Part shown: positions 22,440 to 34,312 of the stretch, piece by piece
Layout of the letters: each line of letters starts with the position of its first letter
How positions within the stretch are numbered: position 1 is the stretch's first letter
Source of the DNA: Rebecca billardiae RCC1528
Lineage: Eukaryota > Protista > Haptophyta
Reading direction: 5' to 3'
Length of the DNA: 64,000 nucleotides
Assembly: GCA_965240325.2 (NCBI GenBank)
Contig: OZ251236.1
Span: 1,116,001-1,180,000 of the forward strand
The notes under the pieces: model-generated
Database searches by the model: none
The model's input: only the letters and a program-made list of their open reading frames with translations
Told to the model about the DNA's origin: nothing
Translations under genes and position numbers: made by a program

Positions 22440-24710
22440 CTACAGCAGCTGCGGCGCGACGTGCGCGCCGTCGGCCGTGGGCAGCGCGTTGGCGCGGCGC
22501 CGGCGGGTGCGCGCGAGGAGGGCGGCGCACGCGGCGCCGACGAGGGCGAGCGCCGCGCCGACGCCCAGCGGGAGGCGGAGGGCGGGCGCGGCGGGCGCGC
22601 GGCGCGCGAGCGCGCCGCCGTCGAGCAGGCTGAGCTCGCGCGGCACGCCGAGCGAGAGCCGGTTGATGTGCTGCAGGTTGGCCACCTCTGTCGGCACGGT
22701 GCCGCTCAGCTGGTTCTGGTACGTGATGATGCGCTCGAGGGCGGCCATGCTGCCGAGCTCGGTCGGCACGGTGCCGCTCAGCTGGTTGCGGTACAGCGTG
22801 AGGTCCTCCACGCTCGCCATGCTGCCGATCTCGGTGGGGACGGTGCCGACGAGGCTGTTGCCCAGCAGGTAGCACGAGCGCACCGTGCTGAGCGTGCCCA
22901 GCTCGGTGGGCACGGTGCCGCTCAGCTGGTTCGTCTCGAGCAGCAGCTGAGAGGCGGCGGGCAGGGCGCCGAGCTCGGTCGGGACGGCGCCGCCGATCTG
23001 GTTGTCTCCGAGCAGCAGGTCGCGCACGGAGGCGAGGCTGCCCAGCTCGGTGGGCATCGGGCCGCCGAGCCCGTTGTCCATCGCCATCAGCTGCCCCAGC
23101 TTGCTCAGCCGGCCCAGCTCCGAGGGCAGCGGCCCCTTCAGCCGGTTCTCCTGCAGGTACATGAGCGTGGCGCCGGTGAGGAGCCCCAGCTCTGTGGGCA
23201 CCGCGCCTTCGAAGCCGGCGTCGTTCAGGTACACGCCCTCGACCGCGCTGAGCACGCCCAGCTCGGTGGGGATGGTGCCCTCCCAGCTGTTGCCGTACAG
23301 CCACAGCGCGCCTGCGGGCGGGGCGCGGGAGCACGGAGCGGGGGCGCGGCGCTCGGTGCGGGTGCGCGCGCGCGCACGCGGGTGCACGTGCGCGCGGGTG
23401 CGGGCGCAGGGGCGCGCGCGCGCCGCACCCATGTGGGTAAGGCTGCCAACCTCGGTGGGCAGCGTGCCGGTGAAGCCAAAGTCGTAGAGGTGGAAGTAGA
23501 ACAGCCCGCCCAGCAGCCCCACCTCCGTGGGCAGGCTGCCACCCAGCTTGTTCGCCGTGAGCGAGAGCGACGCCAGCTTGCTCAGACGGCCCAGCTCGGT
23601 GGGCAGCGTGCCTTCAATCTGGTTGCCGCCCAGCGCGCTGCGCGTGTGGGCGCGGGGAGGGAGGAGGCGCCTCGGCGCGCGCACCGCCGCGCGCGCTCGG
23701 CGTGGCGCGCACGCCCCGCGCACGTCCGGCGCGGTGCGCGCTCACATGGTCTGCAGCCCCGAGAGCTCGCCAATGGCTGTGGGCAGCGTGCCGCCGATGC
23801 CCTCGTCTGTGTGCATGCTGCGCGCAGCACACGGGGAGCAGGGGCGCGCAGGGGCGGGCGGGCGGGCGCGCGGGCGCGCGGGCTCGGCCGCGCGGCTCCG
23901 CGCGCCTCGGCGCGGTGCGCGCCGGCGCGGCGCGGCGCGCGCCGGGCGTGCCGCCCGCACATGTACGTGCAGCTCGGCTGCGCTGCGCAGTGCGCGACGA
24001 GGGTCTCGACCGAGGGCGTGGGCGCGGGCGGCGAGGGCGCGGGCGGGTCCTCGCCCGCGACGAAGGTGAGCTCCGCCTTCTTGCCGAAGCTGCCGCCCGA
24101 GGCCATCAGCTTGCCGCCCACCGTGAGCTCGTACTTGCCGTGGCCGTACTGGCAGCACATGCCGTCGCCCGCAGTGTCAGAGCTGAGAGTGCAACAACGC
24201 GCCCGGCGCGGCCCGAGGCGCGCGTGAGCGCGCGAGGCCGGGCGCGGGCGCGCGCAGGGGTTGGGCGGAGGCACGGACGGCGCAGCGCTGGCACGCACAT
24301 CGTGAAGGTGTACGACGCGCCGCGCGTGAGCGTGCCCTCGGCGGAGGCGGAGGCCTTTCCCTCGAGCACGGTCGCGCCGCCCGCGTCCGCGAGGACAAAG
24401 CTCACCTCGTTCGGGTAGCTGTCCGGCTGCGGCGCGCGCGGGCGACGACGGGGGGCGACGCCACGAGGCACCAGTGCGCGCGTGCCGCGACGCGCACCGC
24501 GCACCGCGCGACGGTGAGCGCCAGCATCGGCGCGGGGCGCGCAGATCGGCGTGCGCAGCACGGCCACGAGCGCGCGCGCTGCCGCGTGCTGCGTGCCGTG
24601 AGATCCACCGACACACCGAGCGTGCTGTCGTCTTCGGCAGCGGCGGATGGGACCGGCATGAACCCCATCACGGCGATGAGCGCTCCGAGCGTCACAAGCT
24701 TGGTGGTCAT
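22440..24710 (-). CDS. Leucine-rich-repeat receptor-like membrane protein (signal peptide, N-terminal PDxYPxE...GDGxCCxxGxGxY domain, plant-type LRRs, TM, short tail; 6 exons)
   Basis: Signal MTTKLVTLGALIAVMG; many NxLxGTVPTELGxL repeats; TM LGVGAALALVGAACAALL followed by RRRR. The first intron (24596-24427) appears to be GC-AG. Confidence 0.85.
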
Positions 24711-24854
24711 CGCTCGCCGGCGGTGTGGAGCTGATGATTGGACGCCCGACCGACCGGCGGCCACCCGCGGGAGATTTTCACGATCGAAAGGGGCGCCAAA
24801 GCCGCGTGCGGGCCGTGGGATCCTCTTCAGCACCCGGGATTTCGACGCGCCGAC

Positions 24855-27333
24855 CGGCAGCGCTAAATCAGCCCGGGCCGATTTAAGCTTATCTCAGCCC
24901 GGGCCGATTTAAGCGCTTAAATCGGCCCGGGCTGAGATAAGCTCCGCGCGAGCTTATCTCAGCCCGGGCTGAGATAAGCGCTTATCTCAGCCCAGCGGCT
25001 CGCGACTCGGCCGCCGTGGACTCGGAGCGCACGTCGCGCGGTGCGGCCCGCCCGCTCCATGGCTGCACGCGCTGCTGTGTCTTCGGTGGCCACAGGGTGA
25101 AGTGTGCTGAGTCTAGTGGCGGGCGCCCAGCTCCACCCACCCCCTTCTCCCTGGCCCGCCCCGCCTGCCCTCGCCCGCATCGGATGCCTTCCTCGCGCAT
25201 GCAACTCCACGGCGGCAACTCGGCTTGTGGACTTGCTGCCCGCATGAGAAGCATGCAGCCAACACCATGGACGCACCATCGACGTTCGCCAGTTGACCAT
25301 GTCCGCGCGTAGTCGCACGCGGGTGAACACGGCCCGTGCGCTACAGTCGGTTGTGTGCTGTTGCCATTGCACGTTGTTCAAAATGTGCTGAACGTTGCCA
25401 CCGCGGCCGCCGCGCGCGGGCGTACCGGTGCCAGCGGCACAGGCATGGGCACCGGCGCAGCTCCATGGACGATCATGGCGCTGCGGCTAGTGGGCGCGCC
25501 GACGCCGGCACGCCCGCAGCTGTCGGCGCGCACGGCGAGCACGCCAAGCTCGCAGCGCGTGCCGCGGCTCAGGGGCTGGTGCGCACGGACAGCAAGCTAA
25601 GGTTGCGGTGTGCGCCGCGGTCCGCACGCACGCAACGGCCGCCGCATGCGCCACGCGCGCGGTGGCCGCCGCGCGCGCCGCGGTTGCCGCGCGCGCCGTG
25701 GCTGCCGCGCGCGCCGCGGCGGACCAGCGCGCCGCGGCCGTGCGCGACGACCGAAGGCTAGTCTGTGGCGGATAGCGAGCGAGCGCGCCGCCGCGGCCAG
25801 TGAGCGCGCAGCGGCCGGCGAGCACGCTCAGCCTCATCGCGCAACTGTCACGTGTTGGCGCCAGGCTTGATGGGCACCTGCGGCGTTGGGCCAATGGGCA
25901 TCTGTGGCCCGTGCGGTGCGCGCTCGCCGGTTGCGGTGGCGCGCTCGCCAATACCTACGCATGCTGGCGCGGCCTGCTCACCGGTCGCGGTGGCGCAAGC
26001 CCCGGCTGCACCATCCATCCGCGCCGGTTGCGGCGCGCTCACTAGCCGCAGCGGCAAGCTCGCTATCCGCCACAGACTCGCCTTCGGTCGCCGTGCGCGG
26101 GGCGGTCGCGGCGCGTTGGTCGGCCTCGGCGCGCTCGCCGGCCGCGGCGCGCGCGGCAGCCGCGGCGCGCGCAGCAGCCACGGCGCGCTCGCCGGCCGGG
26201 CGCGACGGCCGAGTTACGCTGTCTGCCGCCGTGGCGCGCTTACCGGCCGCAGCGCGCGTGGCAGCCGCGGCGCAATCGCCAGCCGCGCGGCGCGCGGCAG
26301 CCGCGGCGCGCTCACCGGCCGGGCGCGCGCAGCAGCCGCGGCGCACTCGCCGGCCGCGGCGCGCTCGCCGGCCGGGCGCGCTCAGCAGCCGCGGCGCGCT
26401 CGCCGGCCGCGGCGCGCTCGCCGGCTGCGGCGCGCAAGACGGCTGCGGCGCGCGCGGCGGCCGTTGTGTGCACGCGGACCACGGTGCGCGCGGCGACCTT
26501 GGCGTGCTCGCCAAGCGCGCCGAAAGCTGCGAGCGCGACGGCGCCGGTGAGCCCACCAGCTGCGGCGCCACGACCGTCGACAGTGTATTACTCTGCCGAA
26601 GCGCCTGCCACACTTGAGACGCAGCGAGCCGCACACCACAGCTGTCAGCCGATGGTCCAAGCTCGGTCGTGAACCGGCAGCCGCCGCGCAGAGTAGTGCG
26701 CCGCGCGAAGGGACCGTTTCGATCTGACGGGATCGCGATGATTGGCTGATCCAGCGTCGAGCGTGACCGGCAAGTATGCCAAGCTGGGCAAGCACATGCC
26801 GCAACGCGCGAACGGTACAAGGGCAACGTGGTACAAGGGCAACGGCACACGGCAGACAGGTGCACGTGGGCCGTGGCCACATGCGTGCGATTACACATGA
26901 CACACATGTACAGCACACGACGTACAAGTACCCGCGACCGTCGATGGTGGAATCGATGGTGGAACAATGGCGTTGGCTGAGGCCGTTGCATGCGCGAGGA
27001 AGGCATCCGATGCAGGCGAGGGCAGGCGGGGCGGGCCAGGGAGAAGGGGGTGGGTGGAGCTGGGCCCGCCACTAGACTCAGCACACTTCACCCTGTGGCC
27101 ACCGAAGACACAGCAGCGCGTGCAGCCATGGAGCGGGCGGGCCGCACCGCGCGACGTGCGCTCCGAGTCCACGGCGGCCGAGTCGCGAGCCGCTGGGCTG
27201 AGATAAGCGCTTATCTCAGCCCGGGCTGAGATAAGCTCGCGCGGAGCTTATCTCAGCCCGGGCCGATTTAAGCGCTTAAATCGGCCCGGGCTGAGATAAG
27301 CTTAAATCGGCCCGGGCTGATTTAGCGCTGCCG
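24855..27333. mobile_element. Mutator/MULE-like non-autonomous foldback element (copy 1)
   Basis: ~350-bp TIRs (CGGCAGCGCTAAATC...GATTTAGCGCTGCCG) and a perfect 9-bp TSD CGCGCCGAC at 24846-24854 and 27334-27342. No transposase ORF. Confidence 0.85.
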
Positions 27334-27392
27334 CGCGCCGACCGACCCCTTTCGTTTCCTTTGCTGTGTGCGTCTCTTATTCTTAGTATAAA

Positions 27393-27439
27393 CTCATTCT
27401 ATGATTGAGAGATTCCGACGGTTCCGACTGCCTACTTAC
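27393..27439 (+). repeat. 47-bp direct repeat (also at 38596-38642 and 45778-45824)
   Basis: CTCATTCTATGATTGAGAGATTCCGACGGTTCCGACTGCCTACTTAC is exact at three positions. Confidence 0.9.
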
Positions 27440-27677
27440 GCACAACACACTTTTACCTGATGCTCCCCCCCCGACTCCTCTACCGTATTGGCAAATAGGA
27501 CATTGTTCGCGCGCGCGATCTCGATTCTTTGTATGTGGCGTGGGGATTACTTTCATACAAACCGTCCTCCTAGGACAACCTACAAGAATGTGTGGAGAAG
27601 TACTCACTCGCATATGTCTTTCGTATCGCCTTGCCGTTTCGATAACCGACCACGAGCGTCCGCGACATCGGTGTTCC

Positions 27678-28798
27678 CAAGGGAGGTCCGGGCCGGGAGC
27701 TCCTGACCAGCGAGCGGCCAGCGCGAGTGCGCGACGTCACTGCAAAGTTTTCCCTGAGCGCCGGGCGGCGGCAGCGGCGAGGGCGAGTACTCCGCTGGCG
27801 GGGCGCGCACGGGGCACAGCGCTGCGGGCGCGGATGTGCCCGCAGAGCCGGCGCGCGCGGACGGGCTGTTGCGGGAGAGTACTCGGCGCCCTCCTGCGCC
27901 GCGCGTCTTGCGCCACGCCTCTTTCGCCTCGGCTCAGGGCAGCGCGCACATTCGCGCCGCGTCAAGGCCAGCCTTGCCTGCGCCGCAGCCGACCGCGCGC
28001 GCGCCGTGCGCGGCGTGGTCGGGAAGGAACGGGCGCTGCCGCGGGGCGAGGTGGCGACACCATGCGCGCACGCCATGCCGCCCCGTGATGCCGCGAAAGG
28101 GCACGGCAATAGATCTGCACAGCTGTTGACGAGTGCTGATCACTTGTCGTGCCAAGCCACGGACCTGAGCTCGAAGAAGATGATGAAAGAGCATCAGCGC
28201 GAGGAAAGCGTCGCATCCAGCACCTCTACTTGACCACACGGTGATGAATATCCATGTAAGAGTAGCCCGCGCGCCCGTCTGGCACTGTTCTGCGTCTCAA
28301 TGATCGTCCCGACAAGGGTCACGACCGCACGGCCGTGCACACCATTTGTGACAAGTCAAAGAGGCATGCAAACGGACCGACGACACGCTCGTCAAGGCGT
28401 GGCGGGGCGGCATGGCGTGCGCGCATGGTGTCGCCACCTCGCCCCGCGGCAGCGCCCGTTCCTTCCCGACCACGCCGCGCACGGCGCGCGCGCGGTCGGC
28501 TGCGGCGCAGGCAAGGCTGGCCTTGACGCGGCGCGCATGTGCGCGCTGCCCTGAGCCGAGGCCAAAGAGGCGTGGCGCAAGACGCGCGGCGCAGGAGGGC
28601 GCCGAGTGCTCTCCCGCAACAGCCCGTCCGCGCGCGCCGGCTCTGCGGGCACATCCGCGCCCGCAGCGCTGTGCCCCGTGCGCGCCCCGCCAGCGGAGTA
28701 CTCGCCCTCGCCGCTGCCGCCGCCCGGCGCTCAGGGAAAACTTTGCAGTGACGTCGCGCTGGCCGCTCGCTGGGAGCTCCCGGCCCGGACCTCCCTTG
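27678..28798. mobile_element. P/Galileo-like non-autonomous element with ~400-bp TIRs (copy 1)
   Basis: Ends CAAGGGAGG...CCTCCCTTG; perfect 7-bp TSD GTGTTCC (27671-27677 and 28799-28805). Arms ~27678-28084 and ~28404-28798. Confidence 0.8.
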
Positions 28799-28821
28799 GT
28801 GTTCCGTCGTTCGAAGCGTGC

Positions 28822-30819
28822 ATGCCACGCCTCCGAGGTTTGCTGACGACGAGACGTGTGGCCCTCGCGGCCCTGGCCGGCGCAACGGCGGTGGCCGCGA
28901 TGGCCGAAAAACCGCCGAAGCCGCCGAGCCCGGCCGCGGTTGTCCTCGAAGCTCTTTGCCGTACGTCGGCCTGCGTCCCAGAGTGGATGCACGGCCCACG
29001 AGAGGAGGTCCAGCGTGCAATTCCGTTCGCACGTGGCGTGGTCCGGCGTGAATCAGCCGGGATGCCGACGGAGCCGCCCGCGACGCGCGGGCTGCACATG
29101 GCGGGCGTCGACCCCCTCGACGCGACGGAGACGCACATCGCCATGTTCACACGCGCGCTGCGCTGCACGCCCGCGCACATGCCCGACGCTCGTGCGTGCG
29201 TCTGGCGCGCGCTGCGCGAGGCGCAGGGCCGTCCCCGCCCGGTGCCCGCTAGGCGACAGCCGCGCGCGACGCGCGGGCTCGATTTGCCGGGTGTCGACGC
29301 CTCCGACGAGACGGGCACCCAAATTGCTGTGCTCGAGCGCGTCACACGCGCCGTGCCCGCGCACATGCATCACGTTCTCGCACGCGCGCAACGCGCGCTG
29401 GACGTGGCACGCCGGCGTGCCGTTGCTGAGCAGCAACATGCGCTCACGGACGCGCGCACACGCGATCGGGCGCTGGCGACGGAGGCGCGCCTGGCGAGGC
29501 GACGCGCGCGCGCGGCACAAGCGCAGCGCGCACGTGAGCGCGCGCGCGCACGCGCCCGCCGAAGCGGAGCTGGCCGGCATGTGTTCGCGCAAGGGCGCCA
29601 GCGCATCTTTGGTGGCGGCGGCCGGGAGCGCACGCGCAGGCGGCGAGGCCGCAGCAGGTCCAAATCTCGGAGCCGGCCGTCACGCGCCTCGCCCAACTCA
29701 CGCGCCGGCGAGCGCCCGGCTGCACCGCGCCAAGCCAACCTCAACAAGGCTTCAATAATGCGCAAGGCGACCGCCCAGCAGCGCCGCGCGCTTGACGGCG
29801 TGCGCGCAGCAGTGGCGCTCGCGGACGGTGGTGGGGCAGAGGGCGCACGACGCGAGGCGTGGGTCGCGAGCGTGCGCGCCGCGTGCTCGGCGTTGCGCGT
29901 GCCCGACGCTCGCACGCACGTCTCCACCGACGACGTCGCGCTGCTCGACGTGGCGATGATGACCGTCGCGCGCGCTTGGCTGCTCCGACACGGCCGCGCG
30001 CCGCCACTGCATCTGCTCGAGGCACCAGCCGCGGCTGAGCTGCGAGCGCTCTCCGCTGTCGCTCGCGCCTCGAAGGCGGAATCGGGCTGGCGAGGCGTGG
30101 CGTTCGCCGTCGCTCACGTGCGGCTACGACGCCAGCGGGCCGCGCGCGCCATCCAACGGCGCGCACGCCCGCTCTGGCGCATCCGCGGCACCGCCGCTGG
30201 CGCGAGTGTGGAGTTGGGCCGGGCGCCGCGGCGCGTGGGCGCGGTGCGCGGCGCGCTCGGCATCGTCTGCATGGAGCGGCGGCGCGCACGGCTGATGGCC
30301 GACGAGGAGATGCTCATGCCCAGTGGCGACTACTTCTACACGCCGATGGCGTACGCGCCGGGTGCGATCGCCGGCGCCGAGCCCGCTTCGTCGCCGCCGC
30401 CGCAGCCGCCGCCGTCGCACGACCGCATCGCGTCGACCTCTGCCGGGCAGCACTCGCGCTCAGCCTCGGGCTGCTGCTCTGCGGCAGGCTGCGCCGCGCG
30501 CGTGGGCCGCCCAGCGCCCGTGGCGGCGGACGTGCTGTACGCGGTGCCGTGCGCGCACGTCGGCGCGCCGCATCGTGATCGTGCGGCGAGTGAGGCGGAC
30601 ACGGCGCGAACGTGCGGAGCTGGCGAGCCGGGCGCGCCCTTGGCGCCAAGTTTGGCAGCGCGCCCGGGCGCGCACGCGGACGGCAGCAGCCAGCTCAGCG
30701 CGCACGTGCGCGGCGCATCGCTGGCCGAGGTGCTGGGCGCGGACGGGCTGGCTGACGTCCTCAGCGTCATAGTAAACTTAAACTGTACAGTGTCAGTGTA
30801 CTGCTGCCGCCGCCGCTAG
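28822..30819 (+). CDS. Intronless hypothetical protein with internal ~55-aa repeats and basic region (copy 1)
   Basis: First ATG outside the transposon arm. Repeats ATRGLHMAGVD...ALRCTPAHM and ATRGLDLPGVD...VTRAVPAHM; AT-rich tract after the stop. Confidence 0.5.
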   Translation: MPRLRGLLTTRRVALAALAGATAVAAMAEKPPKPPSPAAVVLEALCRTSACVPEWMHGPREEVQRAIPFARGVVRRESAGMPTEPPATRGLHMAGVDPLDATETHIAMFTRALRCTPAHMPDARACVWRALREAQGRPRPVPARRQPRATRGLDLPGVDASDETGTQIAVLERVTRAVPAHMHHVLARAQRALDVARRRAVAEQQHALTDARTRDRALATEARLARRRARAAQAQRARERARARARRSGAGRHVFAQGRQRIFGGGGRERTRRRRGRSRSKSRSRPSRASPNSRAGERPAAPRQANLNKASIMRKATAQQRRALDGVRAAVALADGGGAEGARREAWVASVRAACSALRVPDARTHVSTDDVALLDVAMMTVARAWLLRHGRAPPLHLLEAPAAAELRALSAVARASKAESGWRGVAFAVAHVRLRRQRAARAIQRRARPLWRIRGTAAGASVELGRAPRRVGAVRGALGIVCMERRRARLMADEEMLMPSGDYFYTPMAYAPGAIAGAEPASSPPPQPPPSHDRIASTSAGQHSRSASGCCSAAGCAARVGRPAPVAADVLYAVPCAHVGAPHRDRAASEADTARTCGAGEPGAPLAPSLAARPGAHADGSSQLSAHVRGASLAEVLGADGLADVLSVIVNLNCTVSVYCCRRR

Positions 30820-30902
30820 GCTCAGAGTGTCGTCACCGTGCTACTCTCAACTCTGGGAATCTGGTAGAAATAAATTATATTAATAAAATAACAGGCCATG
30901 CA

Positions 30903-31094
30903 CTAATGGCGGGCGGCCGCACGCATGCTGCCGCGCGGCGCCCGCATCACCGACAACTGCATGCACTGCCATTGCCCGAGCAGCGCCAGCGCAGCGCCTC
31001 TAATGGCGGGCGGCCGCACGCATGCTGCCGCGCGGCGCCCGCATCACCGACAACTGCATGCACTGCCATTGCCCGAGCAGCGCCAGCGCAGCGC
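30903..31094 (+). repeat. Two-copy ~97-bp tandem duplication (also at 42106-42297)
   Basis: CTAATGGCGGGCGGCCGCACGCATG... occurs at 30903 and 31000. Confidence 0.85.
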
Positions 31095-31177
31095 GGGTGG
31101 GCCAGTGCTCGTCCCACGCCCTGCCGACGCATGCAGTCTCCCCACCCATCGCCTCTCGGCGGCACCGGAGCTGCACA

Positions 31178-33885
31178 TCACATCAGCTCCAGCCCGCCCT
31201 TCTTGCCGCTCTGCTTCCACGCCTCGCTCACCGCCTTCTTGCCCGCCTCGCTGAGGCCATTGTCACTGCGGGAGGCGCGCAGTGGGGGACGGGTGTCGGG
31301 CGCGCGGCTGGAGCGTGAGCAAGGGCAGAGCGCGCGCACGCGCAGCGTGCCCGCCCGAGCACGCGCGAGCGCGCCGCCTGCGCCGCTGCCACAGCGCCCC
31401 GCGGCCGCGCCGCCCGCCCGCCGCCGCGCGCGCGCCCGAGCACGCCGACGCGGCCGCGCGCGCGGCGCACGCTCGGACATCACCGCGCGAGGGCGCGCGG
31501 CGCGCGCGCGCGCGGCGCGCCGCGCTCGACGTGCGTCCGCAGCGCATGCCCCGGCTGGCGCCCACCCACCCACCCCCGCCCCTCCGCGCCACCCCCGCGC
31601 CCGCCCCCGCGCGCGTGCACACGTACCTGAGGAAGAGCGTCTGCAGGGAGCGGCTGTGGCGCACTGCTTCCGCGAAGGCAGTGGCGCCAGCGTCGCCGAT
31701 CTGGTTGCTCCTGCGGGAGGCGCGGCGGGAGGGGCGGGCGCGCGGCGGGGGCGTGAGTGGGTGTCGAGCGCGCGCGCGCGGTGCGTGCCCGCCCGAGCAT
31801 GCGCGAGCGCGCCGCACGCGCCGCTGCCACAGCGCCCCGCGGCCGCGCCGCCCGCCCGCCGCCCCGCGCGCGCCCGAGCCCGCCGACGGGCCGCGCGCGC
31901 GGCGCACGCTCGGACATCACCGCGCGAGGGCGCGCGGCGCGCGCGCGCGCGGCGCGCCGCGCTCGACGTGCGTCCGCAGCACATGCCCCAGCTGGCACCC
32001 GCTCACCCACCCCCGCCCCGCCACGCCACCCCCGCGCCCGCCCCCGCGCGCGTGCACACGTACCTGAGGATGAGCATCTGCAAGGAGCGGCTGTGGCGCA
32101 CTGCTTCCGCGATGGCAGTGGCGCCAGCGTCGCCGATCTCGTTGCCCCTGCGGGAGGCGCGGTGGGAGGGGCGGGCGCGCAACGCGGGCGTGAGTGGGTG
32201 TCGAGCGCGCGCGCGCGATGCGTGCCCGCCCGAGCACGCGCGAGCGCGCCGCACGCGCCGCTGCCACAGCGCCCCACGGTCGCCCGCCCGCCCGCCGCGC
32301 GCGCGCCCGAGCCCGCCGACGGGCCGCGCGCGCGGCGCACGCTCGGACATCACCGCGCGAGGGCGCGCGGCGCGCGCGCGCGCGGTGCGCCGCGCTCGAC
32401 GTGCGTCCGCAGCACATGCCCCGGCTGGCGCCCACCCACCCACCCCCGCCCCTCCGCGCCACCCCCGCGCCCGCCCCCGCGCGCGTGCACACGTACTGGA
32501 GGATGATCATCTGCAGGGAGGGGCTGTGGCGCACTGCTTCCGCGATGGCAGTGGCGCCAGCGGCGCCGATCGCGTTGCCCCTGCGGGAGGCGCAGCGGGA
32601 GGGGCGGGCGCGCGGCGCGGGCGTGAGTGGGTGTCGAGCGCGCGCGCGCGATGCGGGCCCGCCCGAGCACGCGCGAGCGCGCCGCACGCGCCGCTGCCAC
32701 AGCGCCCCGCGGCCGCGCCGCCCGCCCGCCGCCGCGCGCGCGCCCGAGCCCGCCGACGGGCCGCGCGCGCGGCGCACGCTCGGACATCACCGCGCGAGGG
32801 CGCGCGGCGCGCGCGGCGCGCCGCGCTCGACGTGCGTCCGCAGCGCATGCCCCGGCTGGCGCCCACCCACCCACCTCCGCCCCTCCGCGCCACCCCCGCG
32901 CCCGCCCCCGCGCGCGTGCACACGTACATGAGGTAGAGCATCTGCAGGGAGGGGCTGTGGCGCACTGCTTCCGCGATGGCGGTGGCGCCAGCGTCGCCGA
33001 TCTCGTTGACACTGCGGGAGGCGCAGCGGGAGGGGCGGGCGCGCGGCGCGGGCGTGAGTGGGTGTCGAGCGCGCGCGCGCGATGCGGGCCCGCCCGAGCA
33101 CGCGCGAGCGCGCCGCACGCGCCGCTGCCACAGCGCCCCGCGGCCGCGCCGCCCGCCCGCCGCCGCGCGCGCGCCCGAGCCCGCCGACGGGCCGCGCGCG
33201 CGGCGCACGCTCGGACATCACCGCGCGAGGGCGCGCGGCGCGCGCGCGCGCCGCGCGCCGCGCTCGACGTGCGTCAGCAGCGCATGCCCCGGCTGGTACC
33301 CCCCGACCCACCCCCGCCCCTCCGCGCCACCCCCGCGCCCGCCCCCGCGCGCGTGCACACGTACTCGAGGTCAAGCGTCCGCAGGGAGCGGCTGTGGCGC
33401 ACTGCTTCCGCGATGGCAGTGGCGCCAGCGGCGCCGATCTGGTTGCCCCTGCGGGAGGCGCAGCGGGAGGGGCGGGCGCGCGGCGCGGGCGTGAGTGGGT
33501 GTCGAGCGCGCGCGCGCGATGCGGGCCCGCCCGAGCACGCGCGAGCGCGCCGCACGCGCCGCTGCCACAGCGCCCCGCGGCCGCGCCGCCCGCCCGCCGC
33601 CGCGCGCGCGCCCGAGCCCGCCGACGGGCCGCGCGCGCGGCGCACGCTCGGACATCACCGCGCGAGGGCGCGCGGCGCGCGCGCGCGCCGCGCGCCGCGC
33701 TCGACGTGCGTCAGCAGCGCATGCCCCGGCTGGTACCCCCCGACCCACCCCCGCCCCTCCGCGCCACCCCCGCGCCCGCCCCCGCGCGCGTGCACACGTA
33801 CTCGAGGTCAAGCCTCTGCAGGGAGCGGCTGTGGCGCACTGCTTCCGCGATGGCAGTGGCGCCAGCGGCGCCGATCTGGTTGCCC
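31178..33885 (-). CDS. RI/NLRC3-type LRR exon-cassette array (copy 1, truncated by the gap)
   Basis: 84-nt exons 33885-33802, 33448-33365, 33011-32928, 32580-32497, 32147-32064, 31710-31627; terminal exon 31265-31178. Confidence 0.8.
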
Positions 33886-34000
33886 CTGCGGGAGGCGCGG
33901 CGGGAGGGGCGGGTGCGCGGCGCGGGCGTGAGTGGGTGTCGAGCGCGCGCGCGCGATGCGTGCCCGCCCGAGCACGCGCGAGCGCGCCGCACGCGCCGCT

Positions 34001-34200
34001 NNNNNNNNNNNNNNNNNNNNNNNNNNNNNNNNNNNNNNNNNNNNNNNNNNNNNNNNNNNNNNNNNNNNNNNNNNNNNNNNNNNNNNNNNNNNNNNNNNNN
34101 NNNNNNNNNNNNNNNNNNNNNNNNNNNNNNNNNNNNNNNNNNNNNNNNNNNNNNNNNNNNNNNNNNNNNNNNNNNNNNNNNNNNNNNNNNNNNNNNNNNN
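34001..34200. other. Assembly gap/join (200 N)
   Basis: Run of N; the flanks are unrelated. Confidence 1.
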
Positions 34201-34312
34201 CCAGGCGCGTGCACGCACCCCGCGCTCCGCGGGCGCCCGCTCGCGCGCCGCCCCTCGGGCTGACGCCATGCGCACGTGCTGCGCGCCGCGCCTCCGCGCG
34301 CCGCGCGCGCAG

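Larger units (their letters stand above)
24855..34000 (+). repeat. Segmental duplicate of 36058-45203 (offset 11203)
   Basis: ORF translations and inspected sequence are identical in both copies. Identity starts at the MULE left TIR and is cut by the gap. Confidence 0.9.

Noticed and set aside
28606-28821. N-terminal 72 aa of the 737-aa ORF
   Set aside because: Non-ATG start lying mostly within a transposon TIR.
30906-33931. Long plus-strand repeat ORFs over the LRR array
   Set aside because: Antisense read-through of the repeated introns; splice signals and the LRR pattern are on the minus strand.
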